Made by a program: the position numbers and the translations under genes. Below, one piece after another: positions 13,901-27,735 of a stretch of 64,000 nucleotides of DNA. Positions within the stretch are counted from its first letter, which is position 1. Each line of letters begins with the position of its first letter. The notes under the pieces were generated by a model. It made no database searches, was not told where the DNA came from, and worked only from the letters and a program-made list of their open reading frames with translations. Source of the DNA: Ptychomitrium polyphyllum (lineage: Eukaryota); contig OZ316775.1 of assembly GCA_973851085.1 (NCBI GenBank), forward strand, positions 19,468,001 to 19,532,000, in the 5' to 3' direction.

Positions 13901-16900
13901 AGTATCTTAAATTGATCTTAGCATACTCCACTCTTTGACAATAGTTATTTTTTTCTCATCTATATAAATTTTTCTTTTGGAAATGATGTAGTTCAAAAAT
14001 TCAACCAAAGATTCATGGAAAATATACTTTTCTAATTTAACATATAATCCTCGTTGGCAGAGTTTTTCCAAAGACCACTCGTATATGACATTCGTGGTCT
14101 TATTCATCCTTTGAATATATCAAAATGTCATTTCAAGTAGATGATTATAGAATTGTTTAAGTGTTCATGGAAGATATCATTCATTCTATTTTGGAAGATT
14201 GCAAGGGCATGAGTAAGGCCAAAAAACATGACATTGTACTCAAAATGTCCATAGCTATATTGAAAGTTGTCTTCCATTTATTCCCTTCTTTAATGCATAG
14301 AAGATTATAGGCTCCTCTAAGATCAATTTTGGTGAATATCTTTGCTTGGCCAAGTTGTTGTAAGAATCTTGAAATTAATGATAATGGATAGCAATTCTTT
14401 TTTGTTATTTTAATGAGGCTTCAATAGTCCACGCACATACGTAATGATCCATCCTTTTTCTTTACAAATAGAATGGGTGCTCTAGCAAGTGATTTGAAGT
14501 GTTGAATGAAATCCTTTATGAGATTTTCATCAATATATCATCTTAAGGCAGTCTACTCAATTTGTGATAAGTTATGAATAGGTCCAAAAGGTGGTTGGGC
14601 TCCTTCTTGCAATTCAATGGTACAATTTTAAGGCTGGTGCTTTGGTAATATGTCCGCATTTTTCTTCTCAATACCGTCTTTATATTCTTGATATTGCTGA
14701 AGTATGTTTCAATTTTTTTCTATTATAGAATTAGACATTGGTGTGGCATAAATGGCATAGATTGGTTTATCCTTTTTTGCTCTTATAAATGCTTTAGCTC
14801 CAATAAATGATGGTGCAAGATTTCTTGTACCTTGACGTCTTTTATTTGAGAACACACTTTGTGAATGCCAATCAATGTTTGAATTATGTAATTCTAATTA
14901 AAGAAGGTCCAAGACAATAGGATTTGTTTTGCATTGAATGATGTTGAAGACAATCTTAGATGTTTGGTCCCTGAAAATAACCTCCAAAAGTTGAGTTTCT
15001 TCAATAATGTTGCTAGATACAAGAGATCGTCAATTAATAACTTCAACAGGTGCAGAGTATTTTTTGTTCACAAGTATCATGTAATATCTAGTTGCAAAAT
15101 CCTTAGCCATGAAACATAACGTTGCACCAGTGTCTAAAAGAGCTTCACTAATTATTTCATCATCAAAAAATTTAATTTTGATAGGAAACATAAAGCAAAA
15201 GGTAGGACTTAAAGATAGTAAGAGACCTTGATTTGATAGTCATTTTCTTCTGGTGTACAATTGCATGATTACTATTGTGACTAGACAGCCTCGTTTTCCA
15301 ACTCCACCATTATGCTTTGAACTTTAAAGGCAGATTCTTTGATTTGGCAATCACACACTTTATATCCGGACTTGTCACAATATAAATATAGGTTTTCTCT
15401 TTGGCGTCTTTCTTTTTCTTTTGGAGTCAAACGTCTAAACTGGGCAGCATTAATTTGCATAGGTTCAGGTCCTTGTGGTCGGTTTTCCAATATTCTTGTA
15501 AAAGTAGTAACCATACTTTGATGTACTGGTTGTCATCTCATGCGTTGTTCTTCGCGCCTTTCAAATAGTCTATTGTCACATGCTATTACTTGAGTGATGA
15601 ATTCGTCCAATGTTTCAACTCTTGGCATTGTGAGTAGCAAGTCTTTCTCATTCTCTCTTAAGCTCCATCAGAATTATGTAACCAAAGCCTTATTATTCCA
15701 ATAAAAGTCACAAGCTAGTTGTTGAAACTCTGCAGCATATGTAGCAGCTGAACGTTGTCCTTGTTGTAGACTTTAGATCTTTGTCACAGCCACCCTCTCT
15801 TGGTTAGTGTCTCCAAAAGTAGATATTAATGCTTCTATGAAAACATCCAAGTTGTTAAATAGTGATGATTGTTTCCCCATCAATGATGCAAGCCACAATA
15901 GTGCATTATTTGATAAAAGAGTGGCTACAAATCACATTTGAATTGTACCATCAGGATAGCGAGATTGATGCAAAGTAAAGAAAAAGATTACTTGTTGAAT
16001 AAAGCTTCTCAATTTTAATCTTGATCTATTAAACTTGTCTGGCATGCTAATCTTTGGCTCTTCATGGTTTTGACATAAGTTTTTTTTTCCAATATTGGCC
16101 TTTCGCAATTGAAGAACCTCTTGATATAAATTTGAATATCACCATTGGATTCTTTAAATTGTCAAGTATATTGGTCTAATTGTTGGTGGTGTTGAAACGA
16201 GCGAGTTCCATTCGAACTATATTTAATAACTTTTGAAGGTCTGCAATAGTTGCAAATATATTCTTTGATGTTCCAGACACGTTATCCATTTCTTAAGATT
16301 GTCAAAGACAATAAGATTATGAGTACCTTCAAAGGAAGGTAATTCACGTCCTTTAAAAGATTGATCCTTCTTCAAAAGAAGTTGTACTTGGTTTTAGAAG
16401 GAAAAACCATCTGTATGGTGTCAGCTTAGAAGAGAGTAAACTGCAACTTCTAAGACGCTATGGAATCTTAAAAAAGATGGGTAATCCACAATTTTCTTCA
16501 AAGAACCTTAGCTTTGACAAAAATGAAGAGTAGTCTTGCCAAATTATTAATGACACAAGAAACAAGAAACAAAAACAAAGTGTTTTCTAAGAATTAGCTT
16601 CTAAAAAGCTAATGATTAACAAGAACTTAATACAAAGACTAGAACAAGGCAAGATACAAGATGATCCACAACTTGAGTTGGGAAGACTAAGGAATACCTT
16701 GTCTTGCTTTCTATTTATACTATGACGCTTGTATCTCCTAGGATGCTTCTAAACAAGCTTCCTAAAAGCCTTGAGAATGTTCTAGAAGTCTATTGAACCC
16801 TTTCACGAAGTTTCTTAAAATATTGGAACCTTCCTAAGAAGCTTATAAGAGATTGGAACCTTTCTTGGAAATTTTCCAAGCTAGTGGATCCTTCTTATAT

Positions 16901-17260
16901 AGTTTCTTGAGGTGATGGAACCTTCCTAGGAAGTTTTCTGAGGTGGTGAAAATTTCCTATGAAGTTTCTTAAGATGAATGGAATCTTCTTAGGAAATTTC
17001 CTAAAATAGTGGAAATTTCCTAAAACTTAGAAACGGCTATGGAGACATTTGAAAGTATTATAAGAAGCTACTATAATATACTAAAAAGTTCTAGAAGGTT
17101 CTAAAGGCTATGTTGCATGATCTATATCTGTGACAAAAAACACCTTTAAATTGCTTCATAAAAAGCTTCCTTAGTCAAGGTAACTTCTTTAATAGTTCTT
17201 TAGCCTTCTCAAAATTTTTAGAATTTTTTATAAAAGCTTCAATTATATATGTCCAAAACA
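10997..17260 (-). mobile_element. Family-B LTR (solo), split in two (about 10997-11246 and 17136-17260) by the inserted Gypsy element
   Basis: The two flanks join into a sequence collinear with the LTRs at 53346-53819 and 61067-61405 (aataaggcaa...ggtctgag...tacaagc...gaagcttc...tatatatgtc). Confidence 0.7.
11247..17135 (-). mobile_element. Near full-length but degenerate Ty3/Gypsy chromovirus LTR retrotransposon (family A)
   Basis: LTRs about 11247-11840 and 16545-17135 (minus strand starts TGTCAC). Minus-strand remnants of gag (EPKISMPDKF, GPEPMQINA, decayed zinc knuckle), protease (LLDTGAT), RT (GSLRMCVDY), RNase H, integrase (PKSPWLSL...ILIVVDWLTKIAHFIPC) and chromodomain (EYKVEEILN...EYLIHWQG). 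Purine tract precedes the 3' LTR. Many stops and frameshifts. Confidence 0.92.
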
Positions 17261-17349
17261 AAGAAAAACCTAACCAAGCAATAAGACAAAAACAACATTT
17301 AAGCTTTGTAAAAATATTAAATTTACCTATAGGACACTTGAGCAAGTTT

Positions 17350-17762
17350 TAAAAATACAAGAAACAAGGATTTAGATATAAAGTGGCTTCCAAAAATTAG
17401 TCTTTGAAGGGCTAATGATTAATAAGAAATGATACAAGAATTAAAACAAGGCATAGTATGGACAAGCTTCACCACTTGTATTGGCAAGATTAAGACATAC
17501 CTTGTCTTGCTTCCTATTCATTCCATGATGTTTGTATTACCAAGAATACTTCTAAAGAAGCTTCCTATGAAGCTTAAAGATGTTCTAGAAGTCTATGGAA
17601 CCTTCTTAAGAAGTTTCCTAAAAATGTGGGAGGTTATGGAACTTTCCTACAAAGTTTTGTAAAAGAATAATTGGTTATGGATACTTTAAAAGAATCCTAT
17701 GAAACTACTGCAAGGTACTAGAAGATCCTTAAAAATATGTTGCGTAATCTATGTCCGTGATA
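17350..17762 (-). mobile_element. Solo or partial LTR related to family A
   Basis: Same blocks as the 11247-11840 LTR (tacaagaaacaag...gctaatgatta...ttctagaagtctatggaacc...atctatgtccgtgata). Confidence 0.8.
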
Positions 17763-18589
17763 GCAAACATCTTATATTCAACAAAGTTAATCACAAGCAT
17801 CAATAAAACCAAGGAACAATGGACATTGTATAGTCTCCACATAGCAAACCAAGTAGATGCAGTAAAGACAATGACTAAAAAACTTAAGGGATGGATAAAT
17901 AGAATAGAAATAGTTTGGGGTGCCAAAAGAATGGCACAACGTGGCTAGAGAAAAAGAATAGTACTACAAACATAAACCTTAGACACTTTCCAAATCCGCT
18001 ACTAGCAATAGGAGGAAATAGCCATCTAAAGAAATAAGCGAGCTATCTTGTGAGACTACAAATAGAAAAGAGATAACAAAAAATTAGATGGAGTTGCCAA
18101 GAAGAAAGAGGTTCAAAACAAGAACTAATCCACTACTACAATAGCTAATCTTAAATTCTAAACCTAACTCTCATCTATTTTTTCTCTAAGCTTAAAAAAA
18201 AAAGAATTTTTTTAAAAAACAATGGAGTGAAAATTCTTCTTATTTAATTTATTTTTCCTAATTATATATGGCTCAAAGCCACTTTAACCTCAAATTAAGC
18301 TAAAGGATGTCATTTAATATCCTAATTAATCAAATTAGCCTTGATACTTCTAAAAACTGGTAAAATATGAAAAATTGAACATAGCTACCTAAGAAATTTG
18401 TTGGTAGGGTTCACATTAGGGAAAAATTTATTTTAGTATTATCTAATAACTTATGTTTTCTACAACAAATTTGGAGATTAACATAGAGTGAAAATCAATC
18501 CAAGTTTTTGAATTAGGCTAATCTTTTGTGAGATTTAAAAAATATATAAAATATATTTTGTAGGATTTTATAGAAACTGAAAGGAGTTA

Positions 18590-20730
18590 TGTTAAATGAT
18601 TCAGCCAGAATTTGAAAAGAATCTTTGGAAGTACCAGGTCTGTGTAGGAGCTATCGAAAACAAAGAATTTACAAAATGCACCACAATTTACCACACTAGG
18701 GAGCTCTTTACCAATATTTCTAGCCAGGTTTATAATATTCCTTTTCCAGTTATAGGGTTGTGTGGCGGATTGCTGATGATGAGTACATGAATGTTTGATA
18801 AATGACCACATGAACCCTGTAGGTTTTATCCCTTTGGTTGAATGGACAAGATCATGTATGGAGCTGTGAACTTGCCCATTGTGAATGTGGGTCCTGGAAC
18901 CTTTGGACATCATTTGACAGGCAGCTTGACAACAACCTGTGAGGCTGCTGGGAAACTGATCCAGTACCTTTGAGGGATTGTGCTCAAGGAAGACATCAAA
19001 ACTACTCATGAAAACTGGAGTACATCAGATGTAAATTCCTTGAGAGTAAGAGTATATACAAAGGAAAACTGTCAGAACAGTGGGTCCTGGATTATTGTGT
19101 GTCTGATTTGAGGTTGCCATGGCAGTGTCTGACTCTGGAGGGGACTCCACTGACATGCTGTGACCTACTGTCAATTCCAAAGAAAGCCGTACTTGCCCTT
19201 GAGGCATGATCTTGATGCAATGGGTTGTTATGTTGTTGTTCTCTTTTAGTGCATTTCCTTGGGCTCCAGCTGATCATTCTGTCCAATTTGTGAAGTATCT
19301 TGGGTTTGTGATATGGGATGTGCCACTGGCCACATCTTCTAAATGTTCCTTATGGATTTCACAGTGTATTGATGCCTGTGGTGGAATTATTGCTCTGACA
19401 TTGCATATGTACTACTTAACACCAGTGTAACAATTCCCCATTGAAATAGGGATACCCCATCACAACAGCACTTGACAAATTAAACACTGACCTCTCTCAG
19501 CATTTAAGTGTTTGTTAGTGATCATTGCTTCTTGCATTTAATATGCCCCATGGATCTCCCTTGCACAAGGGAGATTGCAACACATGGATGTACTGAAGCA
19601 AGCTCACATCAGTGAGGGGTATTGCTACATTGGTGCATGCATGTGTCAATAGTGTACTGAGCTTCACTTTTTTGCAATGGGAATGCTTGCAATTTCAAAA
19701 TGCTGATCAGAGATGGACCATTATTATGTAGTTTTTCATCAATATTACCATGCTGTGTTCCCTCAAGTGTAAGTGCACATTGTAGGTTGTTGAGTGACAT
19801 TTTCATGGCTGTCATCAGTTGTGGTGTTTTGTGGTGTACCAGATGTTTGTACTATGTAGGACAAATGATGCCACTGAAATTCTTTGTCTGCTGAAATATC
19901 TGGAGTCTCATGTGGGCTATACTACATTCCTGCTAATGCATTTTGTGAGGTGTATAATAAGGGCCAACTTCAGTTGACTAAAGAAACCAGTCTTCCATGT
20001 AGTCACAAAAGTACATGTGGTAGCGCTCACAAGGAGTAAGCTGGATACTGTTGATGCAAGCGGTGATATAAACAACAAAAGACGCATGAGAGGCTCATGG
20101 AAAGAAGTTTTATCTAGGTAGAAGCCAGAATACATGTAAAACAAAATGGGCTTTTCTTGCATCTGAAACCACTTTGCAACTCATGGAGTTTGTTGTAAGT
20201 CCACAACAGCCTTTGGCTGTGTGTCAGGGAAAATCAGCCTGCATGTACTTTGAGTACTTTTTTTCTTGTGGTTCATATACTTCCTTCAGTTCAATCCAAG
20301 ATTTTACAGTCGCCTGTCAAATCCCAGAGCATAGCCATTGGTACTCAAAACATACCAAAGTGAGGGATTTTTGTGGAATTCTGTGGAGTTCAAGAAATTG
20401 GTTACCAAAAGCAGCTCAACAAAGGAAGCAACAACCAAGAGGATGCAGACGGTTTACATCCAAAGTTTACATGTAAAATTAACCAGTCTACCCTCAGGGA
20501 GTACCCACAGCAGAAAGCTGTTCTTAAGGCGTGCCTGCTAACTGTTTTAGTTCAGGTTGATCATTGGTCATTGACCAAACCCAAGGCTGTCTCTTATGTA
20601 CTGAGCAGTGAGTGCCAGCAGAATTATTGTAACAGTGCAGCAGTAGTGTTCCTTTGGGCTGTTGCACACTACTGTGTACTATTTGTGTATCTGGACATTC
20701 TTGCAGTGTATGTATTTCTGTGAACATTTT
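18590..20730. pseudogene. CpG-depleted, gene-like relic of unknown identity
   Basis: Moderate GC content with very few CG dinucleotides and TG/CA excess. A + frame near 18825-19045 reads FYPFG*MDKIMYGAVNLPIVNVGPGTFGHHLTGSLTTTCEAAGKLIQYL*GIVLKEDIK...SLR and is followed by GTAAG. Confidence 0.35.
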
Positions 20731-23700
20731 ATCTTTTCAAAATTACATTATACTAATTGGCGATGATTTAGATTTAAAAAGAAGGCAAATGGCAGGTTTG
20801 TAGTATGGACCAGCTAAGAAAGAGTTTTTTAATTATTCTAAGATTTACATAAGATATAATAAAAAATTTAAAAGTTTTATTTAAATAAAAAATTCAATGT
20901 TCAATGAAGGTTTATTCATGAAAATTTTGTGTGATTAATGGAAGAATTTTTTTATGAGTTTTTTTCACTAAATCATCTATAATTCAATGCAAAAGGTTTA
21001 AAATTAGAGAATTATAATTTATTAGTGCCTATGTTATTAGTAAGTATGCTATATGTAGGCAATTTTTCATAGAAAATAAAACAATTGATCATGGATGAAG
21101 AAATTTGTTACAATTTATGAAGCATTTATTAAAATTGAAAACAAAGTAGTAAAGTATATTAAAATAGACCATGAATATGAGATAATGAATTAACGATAGA
21201 TGTAGGATTAGAAGAAATTTAAAATGAAGTGGTAATATTTACGATCAGCAATAAGAAAAAGCAAGAAAAGCATTGTTAGGGATTATTAGACTATAACATG
21301 AAGAAAGTAGGTTGTTGCAATTGTGCTTATTCCTTGTTCCATAGTGTTATATTTGTACCAAAAGCCACCACTTCAAAGAAGCATAGTTTTGGCAAGACAT
21401 AAAACTCTTGAAAATTCAAATAGTAAAGGTTACCTATTAATGAAAATTTATTATTTATGATTATGGATATTATCTATATTAGAATTAAAATATCTTTGCT
21501 CATGTTTTAAATAGAGCTATTTATTTTCTTTATGCATAAGGGTTTCTCAGGCTTTCCTTATTTTTTACAAACCAAAGGTTTTATATATCAAGCACTTTCA
21601 ATTGATATTATTGTGTGGCACAAGGTAGGTTAATATAGCTTTAGTAATCAACAATCCATTATTAAACTTAATTGAATGTTCTTTGATGTCATATTTGCAC
21701 ACTTTTGATGAACCAATATGGCCTTTGATCTAATAGTTTGTAGATGTACCATATTAGAATTTTAGATTTATATGTAAATTAGCTATAAAATAGTTTTATG
21801 TAGACTTCTTAATCAATTCATAGATGGTTACTAGAAATATTACTTCTTCTTCTTCTACGTAGACATTGTACCTCTTCTACTTCAATTTGCTACCTATTAG
21901 CTTCTAATAATTAAAAGTACAAGGCTTTTAATATTGTATATAAGAATTTTTGCTTTTGAAACTCCCCATTTTCTACCTCTTTACCATCTTTTGTGGATTG
22001 AACAACAACTAATATTCAAACACACACTGGTGGCACTACTTCAAATGTTATCATAATTAAAAATTCTTTTTACTACAGTAATTGTACAAATGTAGTGGTC
22101 CTCAAAGCCAATTTTCATATTTACATGGATAGACCACCAATACCATTTTGTCCATAATTCCACAAATTATTAGTAATTAATTCAATATTTGATAATAGTG
22201 CATGTTATTGTAATTTTCATCATATGTACTTGAACTCTAAAGTTTTGGTGAAATGTGCAGCAACCATTTCTGAGATTTGTGTCATAACCTATGTAAAATC
22301 TGAACTATGTGGTTGATGTCTTACAACTTTTTAAGAGCCACACAAATATGGGGTCCATGTTGAGACTTTGTGCATTGTCCTCAACTGCCATGTTTGCTCA
22401 TATGTAATATTTTATGTTTATACTTGTCAATATATATGTACATGCCAAAATAACTACTTGTCACTATATATGCAATAAAATATATTGTTTTTTGACGTTG
22501 CTCAGGATATGAATCATGAGATCTGCTTCCGTTTCTCTAGATATGAGGACGCTGATACTCCACATCCCAGTGCCATTATCAACCTATCTTTTTACAAATT
22601 CTCTGCTAGGCAACGCAGAATCTAGGCTGAAGATTCATGGCTTTCAAAGCCAATCAGACTTCCAAGTTCTTTTAAAATTGTAACATAGCGGGAGTGGAAC
22701 CCATTGTGTACACATGGTAGCTAGGGATTGGAGAAGGTACCTTTGCTTATCTCCCATAACTTAAGGCTTCATTTGAATTATAAAAATCCATTGTATAATA
22801 AGTAGTTTGCACCCAAGTTAGTAACATGTACTTTAAGGAAGGATTGTGAATTTCTTCTATAAACTTCACTTGAAGAATTAATTATTTCATTCAAATTTTA
22901 TAATTTTTTTAAACTAGTTATTTTATGAACTTTCTTGAGTTCACTAAATTTTTGAAGAAAATCATGTTATAGACATATACTTGCTCCACGGTGAATGAAA
23001 TTTAGGTAAGTGTGCATGAATGAATTGGTGATTTTCAGTTGTTATTTGGATGATTGATGGTGATTTTTGGACTTTTGTAACAACATCAATTGAAAATTCA
23101 CAACAAACTCAATTTTCATGATTCCAAATGCAAAGACTTTCAAACCTTAGCATCTATCTATTAAGAATGGCTCTGATTTTGTATAATATTATTAACAAGT
23201 CACATTTCTTAAGGTGTTGGATATAGACACTCTTTCCTTTTCAATATCTAGTGCTAGTAGAATAGATAGAAGAGAGTACAACTAATAGCAGTCAAACAAG
23301 TGGACAATGAACAATGACACTCTTGAAACAACAGTGCATTCCATAGCGGGCATAGTTCCGAAGTTTTGTTGGCACATTTTAACAAATTCAGATACAAGAA
23401 GTACACTACAATTCAATACATGGATGCATATGTGAATACTGAATAAGTAAAGAATTTGTTCAGTACTTGGTAACCTTAATGCTGACAGTTGATCTATATT
23501 CTATAAATGGTATTGTACTTCCCATCATACTCGCTGCATTGTGCCAGGTTCTATTATGAACTCAGTCGTGACTCAATCAGTGTGATGAGTCAGTGGTATT
23601 AGACAACTTTCTTAATTGCTTAGTTTGGAGTCAAGCCTAGGCAATGCAATGGAATGAATGCATTGCTTTTGAGCTAACAAAAATAAAGAAGGAAAAAGCT

Positions 23701-26652
23701 GGGAGTTGGTAATAGTTGCACAGCATGCTTCAAAACAAAGTCAAAGAAAGTACACTGCTTCCTATTTGTTTCCGGTGGGCAAACCTGACTGCGACACTTG
23801 TATCTAGAATGGAAAACAATGCTGCTTGTGACAGATTTCAAAAGTGTTGGTATTTTGATCCCATTAGTATTTTTTTGATGAATGAAATAGAATAGTTTAA
23901 AACCATTGTAGTGTAGGTTTGTGCAGTGTGCTAAGTTCATTATATACTCAGTGAAGTCAATATCTCATAATGTTCTCTAGTATGATCTTATGTAACATGA
24001 AACCATCACACCATAGATGTATCATAGTTTCATAAAAATGAATGTTGATCCTGTGTTATATGATTAATAAATTTTGTAAATTGTATAAAAATAATGAAAT
24101 TTGTGTAAGATTTGAGGTGATGTATTTATTGCATTAGTTTGTTTACCATATTATACATCCATTTCATTAACAAATTCATTATATGATTTTTGAGTATAGG
24201 AAAAAAGACTTGACTAATAAGAGGTAGAGTATTTTTTTTTTAGGCAACCCATTCATTAGTTAATTTCTTCATCTAATTCAAAGTTGATGCTTATACTAAA
24301 GAGCATCTTATTCTACAATGGACTACATTGAAATTAATGGTCAAAATTAAAAAGGGTTGCGGTTTTTGTTAAACTATGCTAAAATTAACAACAATATAAA
24401 CTGTCAAAGATAAAGAGTTGTTTTCATAATATTCTTCAATAGTTGGAATAATTGACCTTTGTTTTATAATATTTAGCAAAAAAAAAAATACTTTGTATTA
24501 CTATCATCTTTTGCATGTGACAAAAAGTAATAGATGTAAGAAGTTATATTCATGGAACCTAATTTATATATTATAGACACAAGCCTAAAATATAATGCAA
24601 AAATACTCGTTATTTGTGATGGTTGTTTTAAGCCAATGCTTTTTAAATATTATTATTTTTAATTTGATGAATTTGCTTTTATTATAGCCTTTATTTTCAA
24701 ATCAAAACACTTTGAAAATATATTGTTATATAAACTTAAAAATATTTAATTTATCAAATTTATTTAAAAAGGTGTGTATATCCATTCAATTGATTTTAAA
24801 ATGATGCAAGACTTTTTCTTTCAAATACACCAATATTATAATTTACATACTTGGTCATATTTGTCCAAAATTATGAAATGTAATTTAATTCTTAAGAAAA
24901 AAATAATCAGAATACTGCAATTTATATGACATTATTTGTTTCTTGAGGAGTTTATTGGAAACTTAATTGCAAAAGACATAAGTTAAATTATAGGATCTTT
25001 TGAATTTTTTATATAAAAAGATATATAACAAAAGCAGGAATACTATAGCTTTTTGTAAAATTATTTGAAATTATGATTTTTTTATTATGTTGGAGGTTTT
25101 AAAAAATATCTTTTTAATACACATGATTATCCAACACAAAGAAAAGTGACTCATCAAACTTGTCACAAAATTTACACTAGAAAACTTTTACACTATGTTA
25201 TGTATAAAAGAGAAAAAACTAAAATCAAGGAAAAAAAAAGAATTGCAATTTTTGGCCACTTGCATATTCTCACATACATTACTTATATATAGCAAATGCA
25301 ATCCTACAACTAAAAAAACATTGATAAAAAAAGGCAAGGAATCAAATTTGCCGTTTCTAATAATCAGTTCTAATTGAATGTTGTATTCATGAAATTTTCA
25401 CATTTACATGTAATATTTCTTTTTCTTGTTTTAATGAATGAATCATTAATATATTCTTAGATCTTTTTATAAAGAATGCTTTTCAAATTGGCCTTATTAG
25501 TATTAGTAAAAACATCCTTCATGACAATTTCATATGCCATATAATGTTTTCACAAATATTATTCTTATTTGTTTAAAATTTGAGAAGCCTATTTGTAAAA
25601 CATATATATTTTTGAATATTTAAGTACCATTTTAAACAGTATAGGAATATGCTTCAATATGGACATGATTTTTGAACTTTTTAAAAATCAAAAAATGAAT
25701 TTGTTATTAAAAATCAATGAATAAATACTGAGAAGTAAAGGGAGTCTTGGGAATTATTTCTCTTCAGAAAATGTTTTAAAAGTGTTGAACCAATGTCAAA
25801 TGTACCAAAAAGTTGCAAATATCATATTTATTGAATTGACTAGCCCTTGCTATTTTCACAATGTTAAGTTGCGACATTCACACTATTCTTAGCGGTCAAA
25901 ACTGACGGTCAATTTAGGGAGCATGACATTTGCAGTTACTTGAAAACCTACTTTGCCTCAACAAGCCTCAACAAGTCACTTTGCCTCAACAAGTCCAAAC
26001 TGACTTGTCACAGGTACAATAAGGTCTGTGTTCTGGTGCATGTTGGTTTGTAAATCAAAGGTAGTTTGACATGTTGAGATTATTTTTTTGGCATTTCATG
26101 TGGAACTTTTGACTTTGGGGGGTGCAAAGCTCTGCCCAAAAGCACCCAAGATTGGATGATCGTAAAAGCCTGTAGGGTGTGACGTCACCTCAAATAAACG
26201 TCCTGCCTGATTCAGTACCTGGGCTCACGTTCTTGGATGATTGATCTATTGGTCAGACGTGTACATCTATATATCAGCCATGCTAACTACTGAGTACATG
26301 TATGTGGCTCATTTCAGCTATCCTACCTCATTGTGTTCCCTTGAGCTCACAAGCTTGCAATAGCCTACTTGCAAGAAACATCACACAGAGAGGCTTCAAG
26401 TCCCTGAATCAAAGGGCAGGGTGTTTTTCAGGTACACATGGTCTTCTTGACATTTGTGCTGGTTTGCATGTAGAATGGAGTTTGGGTGTTCTTCTGAAGA
26501 GGGAGACAACTAGTTCATGGTGTTTAGTATCATCCCTGTTAGAAGTACAGTTTCTACTACATATCCTGCCTCTGCAATAACCTGTCCAGAGTTAATGATC
26601 CTCGTTCAATGGATGTTCACTTGTGTAGGCAACAGGTTTCAGCTGAGCAACC

Positions 26653-27735
26653 ATGGGATTATCTTCACTATTGGATGCCACCTTGTGCATAGTTGTATGC
26701 ATTTTCAGCCTACAGACAGTAGTTATGGGTAAGCACCTATTCAAAATGCCTATATTTAAATTTGATTCAGTTTTTATGCACTTGAAAAGGTGATGGTTTC
26801 ACTGCAAACCTGTGAGTGCACAACAGCTCACCAGTTGTACAAGTTTCATGCACGTGTGCTGTGGTGCTCAAAACACAAACTCTTAAGGCTATCATCACAA
26901 GTTCTTGTGATCTTCTACCATGGCACAAGCTTTCTTAGAGCACCCAGATCAATTATGAAGTCAATGAACAGAATTCATGATCCTGATCTTTTGATCTTCC
27001 TGCAGTATTAGTCTAGAGTGTTATGCACCATTCAGTTAATTCCTAACAGAAATTGGTAGACAACCATTTAAAGTGTTACCAGTGTAGTGATATGTCTGGA
27101 ATTTTGGTTTCTTAATACTTAATCATCAGAAGTAGGAACCATCATCTATTAATATTTCAAAGATGCTCGAATCCTTTTCACAATCACTGCATGATTTGAC
27201 CAATTGGTGTAACTATCCGGGTGCTTGTGAACCTTGACTTGCAGCAACAAAGTCGAGAACTCTCCACGTCACACACTACACACACGAAATTCGAGGAGGT
27301 CCCAACAAGACTCTCTTGATATCTGCAGGAACCAACAGCGCAAACATCTCAGCTGGTGTAGGATTTGGGACCGTGGTGGTCTTTGACAACACGATCAGGA
27401 AAGGACCAAGTACTGATAGTAAGTTGTTAGGCAGAGCCTCAGGAGTGGCTATTGGAGTCATACGACCAAGTCCGGCCACGAAGGGAATCACCCGCGTACA
27501 AATGCAAATGGAGCATATATTTGAAGAGGGATCCATATACCATGGCTCTACCATTGCTGTTGTTGGCATTTTCTTTTCCCAGAAGGGCCCTTGGGAGGCG
27601 AACGTGCCCGGGGGCACTGGTCATTTTAAGGGATACAGAGGCTATGGGGTGGCAGAGCAATTGTCAGAAACACCGGGGCCACCACCTGTGTATGTTGTAT
27701 ACAAATGGGACTTCTATCTGACCAAAGAGAGGTAG
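26653..27735 (+). CDS. Dirigent-like protein, secreted, 2 exons
   Basis: Exon 26653-26728 encodes a signal peptide (MGLSSLLDATLCIVVCIFSLQTVVM) with a phase-1 GTAAG donor. Exon 27245-27735 gives TLHVTHYTHEIRGGPN...FGTVVVFDNTIRKGP...SKLLGRASG...YHGSTIAVVG...VPGGTGHFKGYRGYG, the dirigent motifs. Confidence 0.88.
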
